DNA of 64,000 nucleotides from Hormiphora californensis (taxonomy: Eukaryota; Animalia; Ctenophora), in NCBI GenBank assembly GCA_020137815.1, contig CM035357.1:7874001-7938000 (forward strand). The letters run 5' to 3'. Position 1 is the stretch's first letter. Each line of letters begins with the position of its first letter. This document shows positions 62,217-64,000 of this stretch, in pieces. The notes below the pieces were generated by a model. That model saw only the letters and a program-made list of their open reading frames with translations, made no database searches and had not been told where the DNA came from. The translations under genes were made by a program, and so were the position numbers.

Positions 62217-64000
62217 TCAGAATGTTTTGTCCATTTCCAACTTGCTGGGGTCGATTTGGACCGCTAGAAATAACTTAGGGTGGTTTGAGGTGTGGTCGCC
62301 ACACTTCTCCGCTACATGGATCACATTACTTTTGGTTCTGCTTCTACGACGGCGGTCCTTTCTCTTACATACTGCGAATGGGGTTAGATCAAATTGGGAT
62401 TTGTTTAGGGTTAACAACCAGTCGAAAACTGGAAGCCCCAGTGTAACTCACCTAAGCAGCACATTATGCAGGAGAGAAAGGAGAGGACAGTAGAAACTGT
62501 TGTTAGAACTATCAGGACTGTGTTGTTCGTCAAAACTATCGGGGAGTGTAACATGTTACTGGGAAACAGAACAAAGTATACATAGGACGGAGGTACTTTT
62601 ATTGTGGGCCGAATAATATTACATGGGTGCCAGGGCCTTATCAGTTGTATTAGGCATAATTTAGATTGCTTTTTTATTCTGGCATGAAGTTGGGTTCTTT
62701 TGTGAAACACTTCTTTGTCTCGCCTACTAAGGGTATCGGTCGTTGGGTTTTAGGCCAGGTCTTACATTTTAAAATACCATCCAGAATCGAGTCTTTGTCT
62801 TCATCATCAGCACCCGTATCATCATCAGTATCGTCATCATTTCCATCATCGTGTTTTGTACATTTCGTCGATCCAGGTTGTAGAGTGGTAAATCCTTCTT
62901 TACATCTTTTGCACTCATCTTGACCTGATAGAAATGTCATTAGAACACCCTGTCTCTGGGATGTGTATCTGGGTACAGATGTACCATCCAAACTTACCTT
63001 CTAAATCTTGGTAGAACCCTAGTTCGCATTGCACACATCCCTCTGAACTTCCCGTAGCATTCTGGAAAGTCCCCTTCTCACAGATATCACACTCCACCGC
63101 CCCTACTCCTTCATAAAAACTTCCATTGCTACAAGGCACACACTCTGTTGTCCCTGCTGTGGGCTGAGCGGCCCCTGGTGGACACAATTCACACTGTTCC
63201 ATCCCAGTCGAGTTGGAGAAGGAGCCGGGAGGACATGAGAGGCAGCTGGTAGATCCAGTATTGGGCTGGTAGGTCCCTGTTGGGCATGGTTCACAGGGGG
63301 ATCCCAGAGAGGGGGAGTAGTGTCCTTCAGGACATGATCTACAGACTCCATCCACTACCTCTTCACCTAGTGGATGGTTCAGTAGAAAATATCAATATCA
63401 ACACAAAGAGGTTTACACAAAGAGTTTTCTAGAAGAGATTCTCCGCTATGCCCTGTAGAATTTAGAAATTATGCAGAGGTACCTGCTGTACAGTTTGGGC
63501 AGTTAGTAGCCCCTGGTTCAGTCTGCCAAGTACCACATTGTAAGCACTGGGTCTGGTGGTAGTCAGGTTGGTATTTCCCTTCACCACACACCTCACACTC
63601 CTCCATGCCCTCCTCAGGCTGAACAGTACCTGTATAGAAACATATACCACATGGTATAGCTGTTCAAACCAAGTCTGATGTACTTTCCAGGTACATCCAT
63701 GGACTAGTACTACCTACCAGGTTCACAGGGGTAACACTGTGTCAGGGCTGTTTCATTAGCAAAGTAACCCACTGCACAGTCCAGGCAGTTCTCAGTAGCC
63801 TCGTTGCGGGTGTATGTGCCATATGGGCATTTAGAACACAGAACAGAGCGAGTGGATTGCGCCATCCATCCAGGCCCGCAGGGAGTACACTCTGAAAATA
63901 ACTCATTTAATCTGATCCCTTCCTACAATTACTATTCTTCCTTTACCTGTCTGCTCCTCCCTATCCTGGGAGTATCCTGGTGAACACTCTATACACTCCT
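62217..64000 (-). CDS. Type-I membrane protein with tandem Cys-rich GCC2_GCC3/ephrin-receptor-like repeats (3' part; runs off window)
   Basis: Repeats such as CEPCPTGTYQPNTGSTSCLSCPPGSFS. Spliced TM segment YVYFVLFP|ISTVLSFLSCIMCCL|VC is followed by KRKDRRRRSR and a short tail ending DKTF*. Apparent frameshift near 62680. Confidence 0.85.

Noticed and set aside
62026-62219. Two in-frame TGA codons among Cys codons after ...DKTF (possible selenocysteine readthrough)
   Set aside because: The region is a cytoplasmic tail after a TM segment, and TGA at 62217 is a sensible natural stop. No SECIS was identified, so this is likely chance 3' UTR sequence.
62300-62370. RRRR as a furin site of a TGF-beta-like ligand
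   Set aside because: It directly follows the TM helix (a stop-transfer basic patch), and no cystine-knot pattern follows.

Overview
Animal (non-vertebrate metazoan) nuclear DNA, not prokaryotic. It has compact genes with many short GT-AG introns, long (GA/CT)n microsatellites, an internal TTAGGG run and dense, often nested, non-autonomous DNA transposons. The style, including an unpaired-looking splice acceptor just before most start codons, suggests a trans-splicing invertebrate such as a ctenophore; this is inference. Genes spliced by hand: two tandem PDI-family genes (one active with WCGHC/SCPHC and KDEL, one lacking CxxC with KTEL), an atypical homeobox gene, a small zinc-ribbon protein, an LRR protein, a SEFIR (Act1/CIKS-like) protein, a rhodopsin-like GPCR, an intronless ornithine decarboxylase, a single death-domain protein, and the 3' part of a Cys-rich (GCC2_GCC3/Eph-like repeat) type-I membrane protein. 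The most novel feature is a ~15.5 kb minus-strand cluster (42.9-58.5 kb) of about four paralogous genes built from about 17 copies of a ~45-aa double beta-hairpin-like repeat that I do not recognise. The ODC gene is apparently nested antisense in an intron of one of them. Two minisatellites have amplified functional gene boundaries: a splice acceptor x11 and a stop codon x11. Several exons contain frameshifts, so assembly indels or pseudogenisation limit some models. Coordinates were read by eye and may be off by a few bases.
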